Shown piece after piece: positions 34,399-45,481 of a stretch of DNA of 64,000 nt. Position numbers and translations under genes: made by a program. Source of the stretch: Gemmatimonadales bacterium (GTDB lineage Bacteria > Gemmatimonadota > Gemmatimonadetes > Gemmatimonadales > GWC2-71-9). The notes under the pieces are model-generated. The model had not been told where the DNA came from and made no database searches. It saw only the letters and a list, made by a program, of their open reading frames with translations. The stretch is from positions 7,653 through 71,652 of the forward strand of contig DATBJC010000006.1 of the NCBI GenBank assembly GCA_036556625.1, in the 5' to 3' direction. The first letter of the stretch is position 1. Every line of letters begins with the position of its first letter.

Positions 34399-35168
34399 TT
34401 CTGCTGCTCCATAAGCCGAGAACTCGGAGCGTCTCCGCCCGCCATCATATCCGCGAGCCGCTCGAGGCCGATGTGCGACTTGCGGTAGTCGCCCAGGACC
34501 TCGCCCCGACGCAGAACCACGAAGCGGTCGCCGATCGGATGGGCCTGTCGTGGATTGTGGGTGACGAACACCACTCCGACGCCGCGGTCGCGAGCCCTGG
34601 CGATGAAGCCGAGCACCGCGGTGGCCTGCTTGACGCCGAGGGCCGCGGTCGGCTCGTCCAGGATGAGCACCCGGGCGCCGAAGTGCAGGGCTCGGGCGAT
34701 CGCCACGGCTTGTCGCTCCCCACCGGAGAGCGTTCCGACGGCTTGTGCCGAGTCTCGCAGGGACACGCCGAGGTGTTCCAGCTCCTGCCGGGCCACGCGC
34801 TCACAGTAGCCTACGTCGATCCGTCGGAGGATCCCGGCGCCCCTGCACGGCTCGGCGCCAAGGAAAAAGTTTCGCCACACGCTCAGCAGCGGAATCAGCG
34901 CCAGGTCCTGGTAGACCGTGGCGATGCCTCTCGTGAGAGCCTCGCGGGGAGAGTTGAACTGCACCGCCTCGCCATCCACCAGATAATGTCCCCCGGTCGG
35001 CCGGTGTACCCCAGCGAGGATCTGGATCAGGGTGGACTTCCCTGCCCCGTTGTCGCCCAGCAGACAGGTGACCTGACCCGGCTGGACCGACAGGGAGACG
35101 TCGCGGAGCGCGATCACCCGCCCGAAGGACTTGGAGACGCGCTCCACCCGGATGATCGGCTCGGTCAC
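34395..35168 (-). CDS. ABC transporter ATP-binding protein, single-NBD sugar type
   Basis: GTG at 35168 overlaps the permease stop. Motifs: [10 protein letters not shown] (Walker A), [15 protein letters not shown] and [11 protein letters not shown]. 257 aa. Its stop overlaps the convergent thiolase stop (ttag). Confidence 0.85.
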
Positions 35169-36142
35169 CGGGTTCCCGCCACCCGACTGCGTACGAAGTT
35201 GTTGACCAGAACCGCGGCCACCAGCAGTGACCCCAGGAATACCTGGAACCAGTCCGCATCCACGCCGGTGATCACGATCCCTTGCTGCACCGTGCCGAAG
35301 ATCAGAGCGCCCAGAACCGCGCCGACGGCCGAGCCGTAACCGCCGGTGAGCAGTGTCCCACCGATCACGACGGCGATGATGGCCCGGAACTCCTGCTGTT
35401 CGCCCCGGAGCGCGTCGGCTCCGGCGAATCGCACGGCCTGGATCACGGCGACGAGGCAGGCGGCGAGTGCCGTGAGGATGAAGAGGACGATCTTCACTCG
35501 CGCAACCGGAACGCCCAGCTTCCGGGCCGCCTCGGGCGCTCCCCCGGTGGCGAAGATCCAGTTCCCGAACCGGGTCCGCAGCAGCACCCACGTCGCCAGG
35601 GCGGCGAGGCCGATCCACCAGAGGATTGAAACCTGGAAGGGGCCGACCAGATCGCCGCCCAACAGAGTCTGTGCCGCTCGGTAGCCCGCCACCTCATCCA
35701 ACCCGCCGAGCTGAGTCCGCTGGGTGAGCTGACGACTCACGGCGATGGTGAGCCCGCGGAACACGAACAGGGAGCCGAGGGTGACGATGAAGGACGGGAG
35801 CCCGGTGCGAACGACCAGGTAGCCGTTGCCGAAGCCAATGGCCGCACAGAGAAGCACGGTCAGTGCGATCGCTGGCCAGAGCGACCAGTCGAAGTGACGG
35901 GTGAGCAGCATGACGGACATCCCGGCGGCGCCGATGATGGAGCCGACCGAGAGATCGAACTCGCCGGCAATCATCAACAGCGCCACCGCCACGGCGAGAA
36001 TCCCCAGCGGCGCGGCGGCATTGAGCGCGGCAGCGGCACCCTCGAGACTGCGGAACGGTGGCCCTGCGATGGCCGCGAAGAGAAGCCAGATCAGCAGCGC
36101 GCCGGCAGCAGCGCTGGCCTCGGGCCGGACCAGCAACTTCAT
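35165..36142 (-). CDS. ABC transporter permease (ribose/xylose/fructose-type, BPD_transp_2)
   Basis: 325 aa, ~9 [15 protein letters not shown] and [15 protein letters not shown] are typical of CUT2 permeases. Confidence 0.8.
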   Translation of the reverse strand: MKLLVRPEASAAAGALLIWLLFAAIAGPPFRSLEGAAAALNAAAPLGILAVAVALLMIAGEFDLSVGSIIGAAGMSVMLLTRHFDWSLWPAIALTVLLCAAIGFGNGYLVVRTGLPSFIVTLGSLFVFRGLTIAVSRQLTQRTQLGGLDEVAGYRAAQTLLGGDLVGPFQVSILWWIGLAALATWVLLRTRFGNWIFATGGAPEAARKLGVPVARVKIVLFILTALAACLVAVIQAVRFAGADALRGEQQEFRAIIAVVIGGTLLTGGYGSAVGAVLGALIFGTVQQGIVITGVDADWFQVFLGSLLVAAVLVNNFVRSRVAGTR

Positions 36143-37170
36143 CGGATGCCCCGTTTGGCCAGCGCGATGACATCCGCCGCGGTTTCTCTGGTCACGAAGC
36201 TGGGGCCGGTGCGGATCAGCTGTCCACCTCCCGGAATCGCCTTGGTCTCGAGATACTTGGTGAGCAGGACGACGGCGAGGTAGCCCTGGAGATAGGGCTG
36301 CTGGTCGATGGCGAAGAGCAGCCGGCCGTCACGCACGGCGGCCAGCACCTCCGGCGTGAGATCGAAGGTTCCGATGGCAATCCGGCCAAGGTGGCCGCTC
36401 TCCCGCAGGGCCGTCAGGGCCGGTGCCGCTCCTCCGGGACCGAGCGTCAACATGCCGTCGACCGCCGCATCCCGTCCCAGCGCGTTCTTGATCCGCTGGG
36501 TGGCATCCTCGGGATCGGCGAGGTTGATCCCCAGCACCAGCATCGCAGCGCCGCGCTTGGCCAAGCCGTCGCGCAGTCCGCGGCAGCGGGTGTCCAGCGA
36601 GGTATTGCCCACCTCGTGATTCACGCAGAGCACCCGCTTCGCTCCATGCACTGCCAGTCGCTCCCCGGCCGCCCGCCCCGCCTCGTATTCGGTCTGGCCA
36701 ATGTGACCGAGCAGGCCCAGCCGCTCCCATGCCTCATCACCGGCATTGAGCGACAGGGCCGGAATTCCTGCGGCGATGGCAGCCTTGATCGAGCGTGCCG
36801 TTGCGCTGGGGTCGGGGATGGAGACCGCGAGCGCGCTTGGCCGGCTCGCGACCGCGGCGTCGATCAGCTGGCTCATGCGGACCATGTCGAAGCTGCTCGG
36901 AGCCTGATACTCCACCCGGACTCCCAGCTCGCGCCCGGCGTCGGCAACACCGTTGGCCACCACCGACCAGAACGGGTCGGAGGTCTGACCATGGGTCACC
37001 ATGACGATGCGTACGGCACTCCGCCCAGCGTCGCCGGCTCCGGCCTTTCCGGCAGAAGGGCCGCTCTCGCTCCCGCACGCCACCATGGTGACCAGTGCAG
37101 TGAGGATGGGCAGCGCCCTGATGCCGGATCGCAAGCGGCGACTCAGGGAGGCCTTCACCGCTCCGCTCAC
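36139..37170 (-). CDS. ABC transporter periplasmic sugar-binding lipoprotein (PBP1 fold)
   Basis: GTG at 37170 and the lipobox [36 protein letters not shown] is typical of CUT2 binding proteins. Confidence 0.75.
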   Translation of the reverse strand: MSGAVKASLSRRLRSGIRALPILTALVTMVACGSESGPSAGKAGAGDAGRSAVRIVMVTHGQTSDPFWSVVANGVADAGRELGVRVEYQAPSSFDMVRMSQLIDAAVASRPSALAVSIPDPSATARSIKAAIAAGIPALSLNAGDEAWERLGLLGHIGQTEYEAGRAAGERLAVHGAKRVLCVNHEVGNTSLDTRCRGLRDGLAKRGAAMLVLGINLADPEDATQRIKNALGRDAAVDGMLTLGPGGAAPALTALRESGHLGRIAIGTFDLTPEVLAAVRDGRLLFAIDQQPYLQGYLAVVLLTKYLETKAIPGGGQLIRTGPSFVTRETAADVIALAKRGIR

Positions 37171-38498
37171 TCGGGTATCCTGGGTGACTCAGGGTGACGT
37201 GCGGTGCGGCGGCTCCAATACCAGTACACCGGCACTCCGAGCAGCAAGAGTCCGCTGCCCATGAGCGCATTCCTCGGGTTGGCGGCGACGGAGCTGGCCA
37301 CGACGAAGCCGGCCGCCGCGACGAACAGCGCCGGCGTCCAGGGGTAGCCCGGCGTCCGGAACGCTCCGGGTTCCGCGGGGCGCCCGTCCTGCCGATCGCG
37401 ATGTCGATAGACGAAGAGCCCAGCCACGGTCAGACCGAAGAACACCCAGTCGGCGAAGGCGACGTAATCCACCAGCTGGCTGAAGCTGCCGGAGAGCGCC
37501 AGCGCGGAGGCCCAGACGGCCTGGAGCCCGATCGCCGCCGCCGGCGTGCGATGCACCGGATGGAGCCGCGCGAGCTGGGGGAAGAACACGCCATCGGCCG
37601 CCATCGCCTGGAACACCCGCGGCGTCACCAAGATGACCAGGTTGAGAAAGCCGAAGGTCGAGACCGCAATGCCGGCGGCGATCAGCGTGCCGCCTTCCGG
37701 CCCCAGCACTGCGGCCGCGGCGTCCGCCGCGGGCGCTGTGCTGGCCGCGAGGCCGCTCGCGCCAAGCACGCGGAGATAGGCGACATTGGCGAGCAGATAG
37801 ACCGCCACCACCAGAGCGACGCCGAGGAGCAGTGCGCGCGGGAGGTCGCGCTCCGGATTCACCATCTCTTCGGCGATGAAGTTGGTCTGCTGCCACCCGC
37901 CGTAGGTGAAGAGGACCGGTACCAGCGCGGCGCCGAAAGCGCCGGGGGAGCCCGTCGGTTCCGAAGACGGGGGCACCGGCCCCGCCGCCAGGCCGACTGT
38001 AATCAGCGCGGCGAGCGCGAGGAGCTTGAGCAGCGTGAAGACGTTCTGGACCATCGCACCGGGCCGCACGCCGAGGTAGTTGATCCCGGACACGAAAAAG
38101 ATGGCGGCAATGGCGAGCGGGAGGGTGAAGCGCGGCGGCAGGCCGGTGAGGGCCAGCGTGTAGTCGGCGAACGTCACCGCGATGGCCGCGATGGCGCCGC
38201 TCGCGATCACCAGCAGGAGGGCCCAGCCGTAGAGAAAGGCCGGCAGCGCTCCCCAGACCTCCCGGAGATAGACGTATCCGCCGCCTGCGCGCGGGCTCCG
38301 CTGCCCCAGCTCGCCGAAACAGAGCGCGCCGATCAGCGCGACGATTCCGCCGACCACCCAGACCGCGAGAATCAATCCGGGCGATCCCACTCGCTCCGCC
38401 ACCGCGGCCGGCGTGCGGAAGATCCCGCCGCCGACGATGCCGCCGATCACGGCCATGGTTCCCGAAAAGAGACCGAGCCGGCGGGCGTAGGTCGTCAG
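37167..38498 (-). CDS. APC-superfamily amino acid permease (start uncertain)
   Basis: [29 protein letters not shown]...[11 protein letters not shown], 12 TM. No ATG/GTG/TTG lies between the upstream stop (38495) and the conserved RRLGLF. The 5' end is placed at CTG 38498 (CTGA overlap). ATG at 38456 is the alternative but would truncate the conserved N-terminus. Confidence 0.7.
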   Translation of the reverse strand: MTTYARRLGLFSGTMAVIGGIVGGGIFRTPAAVAERVGSPGLILAVWVVGGIVALIGALCFGELGQRSPRAGGGYVYLREVWGALPAFLYGWALLLVIASGAIAAIAVTFADYTLALTGLPPRFTLPLAIAAIFFVSGINYLGVRPGAMVQNVFTLLKLLALAALITVGLAAGPVPPSSEPTGSPGAFGAALVPVLFTYGGWQQTNFIAEEMVNPERDLPRALLLGVALVVAVYLLANVAYLRVLGASGLAASTAPAADAAAAVLGPEGGTLIAAGIAVSTFGFLNLVILVTPRVFQAMAADGVFFPQLARLHPVHRTPAAAIGLQAVWASALALSGSFSQLVDYVAFADWVFFGLTVAGLFVYRHRDRQDGRPAEPGAFRTPGYPWTPALFVAAAGFVVASSVAANPRNALMGSGLLLLGVPVYWYWSRRTARHPESPRIPE

Positions 38499-41032
38499 TC
38501 CTGGGCTCTCCGCTCGTATTCGGCTCTCGCCCGTGCCAGCATGTCCAGCGTCTCCTGCCGTTCGGCATCCGAGTTCCAGTCCCGATGCGATTCTACCGCC
38601 TCCCGCATCCGATCGATCCATGCCATGAAGTACTGGGCATCCTCGGGTGAGCGTGCCGGCTCCCCGCCCACCGTCAGGTAGATCGGGCTGGTCGTGGCAT
38701 AGGGATAGACATCGAGGGTGGGATAAGCCGCCTGGTCGGCTCGCGCCCGCACGAGAAGCCATCCACTCCGGTCAACCGGCACCCGCACCACTGCGGTGGC
38801 GGAGTGACGATCGCGGGCCAGCGGTACCTCGACCACCACCCGTCCGTTCCGTACCACCTCCAGGTGGTCCACCGGGACATTCGAGCGAAGCCTGACACTC
38901 ACCGCGACCTCGCGCCCGCCGGGGGGAAGCTGCACTTCACCTCCGATCCCGGTGCCCTCCACCGTCAGGCCGAGCAGCGGGCCGTTGGTGGCGAAACTGC
39001 GGCCCGCCTTGAGTGCCGAGAGCCAGCGGCGGTGCTCCAGCGGGGCGCCGCTCCTGACATAGACTCGGTTCATCCCCACCGGGCCGCGCAGCGACGCGAA
39101 ATTGGCCATGGCATCGGTGCCTGCACCTGCCGCGACCCGGAAGCCGCAGTTCAGCAGCCGGTACCACACCGTCGCGGTCGCCATCAGGTCATCCACGAAG
39201 CCCACCGCTTCGTAGTAGTCCACCTTCCCCAGGGCCAGGTCCACCGGGAGCGCGTGAGTGATCTTCCGACTGGTGTCACGCGGATCGGGGGTGGCATCGT
39301 AGGGATGCACGTACCCGGTGATCGCGCCTTGCGAGCGCGCGATCTCGAAAATCCGGGTGTTGGACGGTTGAAGGCTGGCGACTGCCGTGTTGGCATAAGC
39401 GGTGTAACCCGGGAGCACCAGATGCTCCTTCAGCCCCAGCAGACCGATGTGTCCCCAATAGCTGGTGTGAAACTCCTCCCCGTGCGCGATGAGCGTGCCG
39501 GGGCGCGACGCCGGATCGGGCTCCGGGCGGAACCAGGCAACGTCGGGAACCCGACCTTCCTTGTTCACGATCAGGTTCTCCACCACGTGGAGATCCTCGG
39601 CCCGGGCCTGGAACATGAGCCGGTCGGGATCGTTGCGATACGACCCGCCGTAGTTCATGTGCACGTGGAGGTCGCCGCTGAACCAGCCCCGGGCCTCCAG
39701 ATCATCGAGTACGCTCAGCTTCACGGTGAGCGGGAGGGTCTGACCCTCCCTGACCTCGACCGATCGGGTCGCGACCCGATATTCCGGTCCCCGCGAGACC
39801 TCGATGGCGTACCGACCCACCGGCAGCGTGAGTGTGGACGAGCCGGTGGTGTGGAAATACCCGTACTCGAAGCGACGCTGGCGGCGATCGAAGCCGTCGT
39901 CCGCGTGATGCCAGGCGTTCGCGGGCGCGAAGCTCCGGTCGTCGGAGGCCTGGACCGACACGCGGGCCGGCAGGGGTGCACCCCCATCGGTGGTTACGGC
40001 GAGCCGCACACGGCCGACAGCCTTGACGTACCGGAGGCGCTCTGCTCGCAGTTCCCGCCGGGCTCCGCTGAAGACGTCCAGCACCCACAGCGAAGTGTTG
40101 CCTCGCTCGTTGCTGATGTACGCGATGCGATCGCCGGCACGGGACCACCGCGGGTTAGTGGCGTCGAACTCACCGTAGGTCAGTTGAAGCGGGTCGCCGC
40201 CGTCCGAGGTCATGAGCCAGAGCTGATGCCACTGGCGGCCCAGATAGGAGGAATACACGACTCGCCGACCGTCTCGGCTCCAGTCCGGCCGTGCCTTCCA
40301 GGTGGTTTCCTCGTAGCGGATCTCCCGAGCCTGCCCCCTGGCCCTGGCTTCGATCCGCCAGAACCCACCCGATCCCCAGATATGGCCCCGATTGGAGATC
40401 AGAAGGAGCTCGCGTCCGTCGGGAGACCACGCCGGTGAGAAGTATTGGTCCTTGTGATGGTAGTAGTAGCGCGGCAGGCCGCTCTCACGCTCCGGCGTGA
40501 TCCGGATCGGTTCGCCCACCGGCCCATGCTCTCCCACCTCCACGATGAAGACGTGCCACAGGCTGTCGTGCGCTGAGGAGGTATAGGCCACCCGGGTGCC
40601 GTCGGGAGACCAGCGTGGCTCGATGTTGACGGCGCCGTTGGTCACGAGTGCCGAGGAGTGGCCCGTCGCGAGATCGAGCAACCTGAGCTCGATGGCGTCG
40701 TCCCGGTAGGAGGCGTACACCACCCGACGGCCGTCCGGTGACCAGTCCGGCTGGTAGTCGTAGCCGGGCCCATCGGTGAGCTGCCTGGCGTCTCGCTCTT
40801 CCAGCCGTTGCCGCCAGAGCGAGCCCTGCATCGAGTAGATCAGCTCTGCGCCCCCGGGCGACCATGCCACGCTGCTCGGGCCGGTGGTGACCTGGGGGAT
40901 CAACATCTCGCGGAAGTAGTACGGGTGGGGTGTCTTGACCTGGCGGAGCACCGGCTGTCGTTGGGCGTAAGCGGTTCCGCCGGCCAGCGCGAGACACAGC
41001 GCCGGCAGGGCCACGCCGCGACGGAGGATCAA
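38495..41032 (-). CDS. Secreted PD40 (TolB-like) beta-propeller + Ig-like + PHP/CehA-McbA-type metallohydrolase protein
   Basis: TTG at 41032 overlaps the upstream APC stop (TTGA) and gives the signal ILRRGVALPALCLALAGGTAYA. Six or more PD40 repeats (WSPDGRRVVYAS, WSPDGTRVAYTS, WSPDGRELLLISN, WSRDGRRVVYSS, WSRAGDRIAYISN). The PHP-like part carries GDLHVHMNYGGS, HGEEFHTSYWGH and GYVHPYD. The N-terminal 375 aa of the track ORF is shadow of the APC gene. Confidence 0.7.
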   Translation of the reverse strand: MILRRGVALPALCLALAGGTAYAQRQPVLRQVKTPHPYYFREMLIPQVTTGPSSVAWSPGGAELIYSMQGSLWRQRLEERDARQLTDGPGYDYQPDWSPDGRRVVYASYRDDAIELRLLDLATGHSSALVTNGAVNIEPRWSPDGTRVAYTSSAHDSLWHVFIVEVGEHGPVGEPIRITPERESGLPRYYYHHKDQYFSPAWSPDGRELLLISNRGHIWGSGGFWRIEARARGQAREIRYEETTWKARPDWSRDGRRVVYSSYLGRQWHQLWLMTSDGGDPLQLTYGEFDATNPRWSRAGDRIAYISNERGNTSLWVLDVFSGARRELRAERLRYVKAVGRVRLAVTTDGGAPLPARVSVQASDDRSFAPANAWHHADDGFDRRQRRFEYGYFHTTGSSTLTLPVGRYAIEVSRGPEYRVATRSVEVREGQTLPLTVKLSVLDDLEARGWFSGDLHVHMNYGGSYRNDPDRLMFQARAEDLHVVENLIVNKEGRVPDVAWFRPEPDPASRPGTLIAHGEEFHTSYWGHIGLLGLKEHLVLPGYTAYANTAVASLQPSNTRIFEIARSQGAITGYVHPYDATPDPRDTSRKITHALPVDLALGKVDYYEAVGFVDDLMATATVWYRLLNCGFRVAAGAGTDAMANFASLRGPVGMNRVYVRSGAPLEHRRWLSALKAGRSFATNGPLLGLTVEGTGIGGEVQLPPGGREVAVSVRLRSNVPVDHLEVVRNGRVVVEVPLARDRHSATAVVRVPVDRSGWLLVRARADQAAYPTLDVYPYATTSPIYLTVGGEPARSPEDAQYFMAWIDRMREAVESHRDWNSDAERQETLDMLARARAEYERRAQD

Positions 41033-42441
41033 CGTCGTCCCCTGAGAAACACCAGGCAGCCCAGCAGCACAAACAGCCCGGCGCCGCCGATGACCTTCAC
41101 CCGGAAGAGCCAGGGGTCGTCGGTCCCGCCCGGCGGGACCGTGGCGATGAGCATCGCGAGCAGGGTCAACAACAGACCGGCGATCCCGATCATCAGCGCC
41201 ATCGCCCGAGTCCCGCCGGTCGCGGCATCCCTGCCGCGCAGGCGGTCGACCAGATAGCAGAGGAAGAGATAGATGTAGGGGATGAAGTAGACCAGCAGCA
41301 TCGTGTCCAGGATGACCAAATACGCCCGCTGGACCGTCGTTCCCTGGCCCAGTACCGACACCAGGAGGAACAGGGAGGCGAGCACGGCCTGGGTCAGGAT
41401 CACGATGTAGGGCGTCTTCCACCGCGGGTGCACCTTCCCGAACGCGGGAGGGAAGTAGCGGTCGAGCCCGATCACGAACGCCACCCGCGCTGGGCCGGTG
41501 AGCCAGGCCCCGATGCCACCGATGTTCCCGATCACGTACAGGCCGGCGGCGGCCGGTGCAAGCCAGGCGAGCGCCATCCCCGCGTCGGCAGCGCCCACGG
41601 CGATCGCCTGAAGAAAGCCGGAGACGATGTTGACCTCGCCCGACGGGACCAGCCACAGCAGCGACACCGTGCCCGCGATATAGAGGAAGGCGATCGACGG
41701 CGCGGCGAAGAGGATCGATCGCGGCAGCGTGCGCCGCGGGTCCCGCACCTCGTCGCCGAGCACGGCGCAGAGCTCGAGGCCGGCGAAGGCGAACGCGATG
41801 GAAGCCCAGAGATTCAGCGACGACCAGTCGCCCAGGTCGGGAAGCAGGGTCCCGGCCGTCATCGGGGTGGCGGGGGGCCGGGTTGCGGCGGCGTAAGCGC
41901 CGAACGCCACCAGCAGCGCGCCGGGGATATAGGTGCCGATGGCTCCCAGGTTCTGCAGCCAGCGGCCGGTCTTGAGGCCTACGATGTTGAGACCGACCGC
42001 CAGCCAGAGCGCGCCCAGGGTAGCGGGGAGCACGTAGCTCCAGTCGCTCTCCATCCCCGAGCCGCCCCGGCCGATCGCGTAGGTTCCCACCACCGCCGTG
42101 GCCATCAGCAGGTTGGGGTAATAGAGAATGTTGTTCACCCAGTAGCACCAGCCACACAAGAATCCGTGGCCCTCCCCGAATGTCCGCTTGGTCCAGTGGT
42201 AGATCCCTCCTTCATCGGGGTAGCGGGAGGCGAGATGGCTCACCGCCAGGCCTTGGGGAACGAAGAAGAAGAGTCCCGCAAGGATCCAGAGAGAGACCGA
42301 GCTGGCGCCGGCCGCCGCCGCCGTCGCCAGCCAGCGGAGACTCAAAATCGCGACGATGTTGAACAACACGACGTCGCGAAGCCCCATCGCGCGGGGAAGC
42401 GCGTGAACCACCGACTCCGACCCGGCTGCCGCGGTGGCCAT
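41029..42441 (-). CDS. APC-superfamily amino acid permease
   Basis: 470 aa, 12-13 TM. Motifs: LGLRDVVLFNIVAILSLRW and YPDEGGIYHWTKRTFGEGHGFLCGWCYW. Confidence 0.8.
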   Translation of the reverse strand: MATAAAGSESVVHALPRAMGLRDVVLFNIVAILSLRWLATAAAAGASSVSLWILAGLFFFVPQGLAVSHLASRYPDEGGIYHWTKRTFGEGHGFLCGWCYWVNNILYYPNLLMATAVVGTYAIGRGGSGMESDWSYVLPATLGALWLAVGLNIVGLKTGRWLQNLGAIGTYIPGALLVAFGAYAAATRPPATPMTAGTLLPDLGDWSSLNLWASIAFAFAGLELCAVLGDEVRDPRRTLPRSILFAAPSIAFLYIAGTVSLLWLVPSGEVNIVSGFLQAIAVGAADAGMALAWLAPAAAGLYVIGNIGGIGAWLTGPARVAFVIGLDRYFPPAFGKVHPRWKTPYIVILTQAVLASLFLLVSVLGQGTTVQRAYLVILDTMLLVYFIPYIYLFLCYLVDRLRGRDAATGGTRAMALMIGIAGLLLTLLAMLIATVPPGGTDDPWLFRVKVIGGAGLFVLLGCLVFLRGRR

Positions 42442-42444
42442 GGG

Positions 42445-43230
42445 TCAGCTTCCCAGGTAGAGCCCGCGGGGGTCGAGGACCTCGCGCAGTAGCCGGAGCT
42501 CCGCTGCTTCCGGGGGGGCCACGGCGGAGATCGTCTCGCGACACTGGAGCGGCCAGCCCACGCCGGCGCGGACCTCCTCCACCGTGACCCCCGGGTAGAG
42601 CGCCGCCAGGATCAGCTCCCCGCTGGCGCCATCGGCCTCGAGGATCCCCTTGTCGGTGACCACGCGAACCGGACCGGCACCCGGCATGCCGAGCTGGCGG
42701 CGGGTCTGGCCCCGCATTCGGTGCCCCGGGCTGGTGAGGAAGTCCACGGACTCAGGAAAGGCGCGGCGGCTGAGCCGGGAGATGACGACGGTGCGTCGCG
42801 CGTGGATGGCGATCTCCGCCGCGCCGCCGCTGCCGGGCAGCCGGACCGTGGGATTGCGGTAGCCCCCCACTACGGTGGTGTTGATGTTGCCGTACCGGTC
42901 GATCTGGGCACCGCCGAGGAAGCCGACCTCGATCCGGCCGTTCTGAAGCAGGAACTGAAAGACGTCGGCCATGCCACAGACCATGAGCGAGCCGGTCACC
43001 AGCGAGGGATCGCCGATCGAGACGGGAAGGCGCTCCGGCTCGGCCCCCACCGCGCCCGACTCGTAGATCAGCACCAGATTGGGGGCATGGGTGGCGCGAG
43101 CGAGGTTGCAGGCGAGGTTGGGGAGCCCGATGCCGACGAACACGACCTCGCCATCGCGGAGCTCCCGAGCGGCGACGGTGGCCATCATCTCGGCGGGTGT
43201 ATATGCCGGCGGGACGGCGTCAGTACCCAT
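42445..43230 (-). CDS. CoA-transferase subunit B (glutaconate/3-oxoacid CoA-transferase family)
   Basis: VFVGIGLPNLACNLA...LIYESGAVG...GGAQIDRYGNINTTVVG...LPGSGGAAEIA. Confidence 0.8.
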   Translation of the reverse strand: MGTDAVPPAYTPAEMMATVAARELRDGEVVFVGIGLPNLACNLARATHAPNLVLIYESGAVGAEPERLPVSIGDPSLVTGSLMVCGMADVFQFLLQNGRIEVGFLGGAQIDRYGNINTTVVGGYRNPTVRLPGSGGAAEIAIHARRTVVISRLSRRAFPESVDFLTSPGHRMRGQTRRQLGMPGAGPVRVVTDKGILEADGASGELILAALYPGVTVEEVRAGVGWPLQCRETISAVAPPEAAELRLLREVLDPRGLYLGS

Positions 43231-44125
43231 AGTTCACTCCCGGGCACACCCGGCTCGACGCCCTGAGCCGGTCCAGCCCTCCGCAGCGCTCCACGTACGC
43301 CGCCCGGTCCGGCAGGCCGAATACGAACTCGTCGAGGTATCGCTTCAGCGCCGCCGGGTCTCGGGAGATCGGCTCCCAGGCCACGTAGAAGTCATTGTCC
43401 CGATCGTAGTAGCCCTGGGCATAAGAGGGATGGGCGCCCCAGGGCTCCACCACGACCGCATCCACCGCGAGGCCGGGAATGATCGTCCGGTTGGGGTCGG
43501 CGCGGATCAGCGATTCGTCCACCAGCTCCTCCACCACGACGATCACCCGCTCGGAGGCGAATGCGGCCTCCTTCTGGACGCCGAGCAGGCCCCAGATCTG
43601 CGTGTTGCCCTGGGCGTCGGACCGCTGGGCATGCACGATGGTGACGTCGGGGTTGAGCGCGGGCACCGTGGCCAAGCGCTCGCCCGAATAGGGACAGGTC
43701 ACCGACCGGATCAACGGATTGGCTGCCGGCAGATCGGTGCCCATATAGTCCCGCAGGGTCCAGAACGGCAGCCGGGCCGCGCCGGCGCTCAGCCGGGCGA
43801 CCATGCCGAAATGGGAGTACTCCTCCAGCTCGAGCGGGGGATCTCCCTTCTCCACCGCACGGCGGAAGGCGTGCAGCGAGCCTGCGCCGGGATTGCCGGC
43901 CCAGGAGAACACCAGCTTCCGGGCGCAGCCGGCCGCGATCATTTGATCGTAGATGAGATCGGGGGTCAGGCGACAGAGCGTGAGGTCGCGCCGGCGCTGC
44001 CGGATGATCTCGTGGCCGGCCGCGAAGCAGATCAGGTGGGTGAACCCCTCGATCACCACCGTGTCGCCGTCGCGCACCAGGGCGCCCACGGCGTCGCGCA
44101 TAGAGGCGACCTTGCTGCTGCTCAA
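43220..44125 (-). CDS. CoA-transferase subunit A (glutaconate CoA-transferase-like)
   Basis: The TTG start at 44125 overlaps the upstream stop (TTGA). SKVASMRDAVGALVRDGDTVVIEGFT...FSWAGNPGAGSLHAFRRAVE. 301 aa. Confidence 0.78.
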   Translation of the reverse strand: MSSSKVASMRDAVGALVRDGDTVVIEGFTHLICFAAGHEIIRQRRRDLTLCRLTPDLIYDQMIAAGCARKLVFSWAGNPGAGSLHAFRRAVEKGDPPLELEEYSHFGMVARLSAGAARLPFWTLRDYMGTDLPAANPLIRSVTCPYSGERLATVPALNPDVTIVHAQRSDAQGNTQIWGLLGVQKEAAFASERVIVVVEELVDESLIRADPNRTIIPGLAVDAVVVEPWGAHPSYAQGYYDRDNDFYVAWEPISRDPAALKRYLDEFVFGLPDRAAYVERCGGLDRLRASSRVCPGVNYGY

Positions 44126-45444
44126 TCGAGCTCGCCGAGCAGACCGTCGAGGATACCGAGCGCGGCGTCCACGTCCTGCTGGTCCACGACGAGCGGCGGC
44201 GCCAGCCTGAGGGTGCTCTTCCCCGATCCCAGGAGCAGCAAGCCTCGCTGGAAGGCGTTCAGGACCAGGGACTCCAGGAGCTCCGGCGCCGGCTCCCGGG
44301 TGCGGCGGTCCTTCACGAACTCGACCCCGACCATGAGCCCGAGGCCGCGGACATCGCCGATGCAGGCGTGCTTCGCTTCCAGCCTGCGAAGCCCGGCCAT
44401 GAGGTGGTCGCCCATCTTCACCGCGTTGGCCATGAGCTCACGCTGGACCAGATCGAGCGTGGCCAGCGCGGCGGCGCAGCAGACCGGGTTGCCGCCGAAG
44501 GTGGAGCCGTGGGAGCCGCGCTCCCAGGTGCTGATGGATTCGCGCGCGATGAACGCCCCGATGGGCATCCCGGACCCCAGACCCTTCGCCGTGAGCAGGA
44601 TGTCGGGCTCGACGCCCTCGTGCTCGCAGGCCCACATCTTTCCGGTGCGGCCCACGCCGGACTGCACCTCGTCCGCCACCAGCAGGATGCCATGCCGATC
44701 GCACAGCTCGCGCAGGTCGCGCAACCAGCCGGTGGGCGGGATCACGTAGCCGCCCTCGCCCAGGATCGGCTCGACGAAGATCGCCGCCACGTCGCCCGGA
44801 TCCACCTGGCGGTTGAACAGCTCTTCGATACTGCCGATGCAGCCCCGGTTGCAATCGCCCTGGTCGGCGCAGAACTGACACCGGTAGCGGTAGGGGAACG
44901 GCACGTGATGCACGTCGGGCAGCAGTGGTCCGAAGCCGGCGTGCTGCCGGGCCTTGCTCGACGTGAGGCTCACGGCGCCGGTGCTCCGGCCGTGGAAGGC
45001 ACCGCGGAAAGCGATGATCGCGGTGCGTCGGGTGGCGTAGCGCACCAGCTTGATCGCGCCCTCGGTCGCCTCGGTGCCGGAGTTGGTGAGGAACACCCGC
45101 TTACGGGAGGGACCCGGCGCGATCCGGGCCAGGCGCTCGCAGAGCGCGGCCATCCCCTCGTAGTAGAAATCGGACCCGCAGATGTGGAGGAAGCGGTCGG
45201 CCGCCTCCTTCACCGCCGCCACGACGGTGGGGTGCGAGTAGCCGGTAGAGGAGACGGCGATCCCGGCCATGAAGTCGAGGTAGCGGTTGCCGTCCACGTC
45301 CTCGACCATCGGCCCCCGGCCATGCGAGATGACGAGAGGGTACTCCTTGATGTAGCAGGGAGCCGTCCACTCCTCGTCCCGGCGGACGATCGCCTGGGCC
45401 TTAGGTCCGGGAGGGGGCACCAGGATCTTGGGGTAGTCGCGCAC
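44122..45444 (-). CDS. Class-III PLP aminotransferase (4-aminobutyrate/omega-amino acid aminotransferase-like)
   Basis: GTG start. PPPGPKAQAIVRRDEEW...VDGNRYLDFMAGIAVSSTGYSHP...LVADEVQSGVGRTGKMWA...LTAKGLGSGMPIGA (PLP Lys). Confidence 0.82.
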   Translation of the reverse strand: MRDYPKILVPPPGPKAQAIVRRDEEWTAPCYIKEYPLVISHGRGPMVEDVDGNRYLDFMAGIAVSSTGYSHPTVVAAVKEAADRFLHICGSDFYYEGMAALCERLARIAPGPSRKRVFLTNSGTEATEGAIKLVRYATRRTAIIAFRGAFHGRSTGAVSLTSSKARQHAGFGPLLPDVHHVPFPYRYRCQFCADQGDCNRGCIGSIEELFNRQVDPGDVAAIFVEPILGEGGYVIPPTGWLRDLRELCDRHGILLVADEVQSGVGRTGKMWACEHEGVEPDILLTAKGLGSGMPIGAFIARESISTWERGSHGSTFGGNPVCCAAALATLDLVQRELMANAVKMGDHLMAGLRRLEAKHACIGDVRGLGLMVGVEFVKDRRTREPAPELLESLVLNAFQRGLLLLGSGKSTLRLAPPLVVDQQDVDAALGILDGLLGELD

Positions 45445-45481
45445 GCTGGGTCCTTCCAGTGAGATATCGGCACCACGATCT

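Noticed and set aside
38495-42157. 1220-aa single ORF suggesting a giant protein
   Set aside because: Its first ~375 codons overlap, in another frame, the well-formed 12-TM APC permease (41029..42441) and are Arg/Gly/Pro-rich. A signal peptide appears right after a TTG that overlaps the permease stop, so the real gene is 38495..41032.
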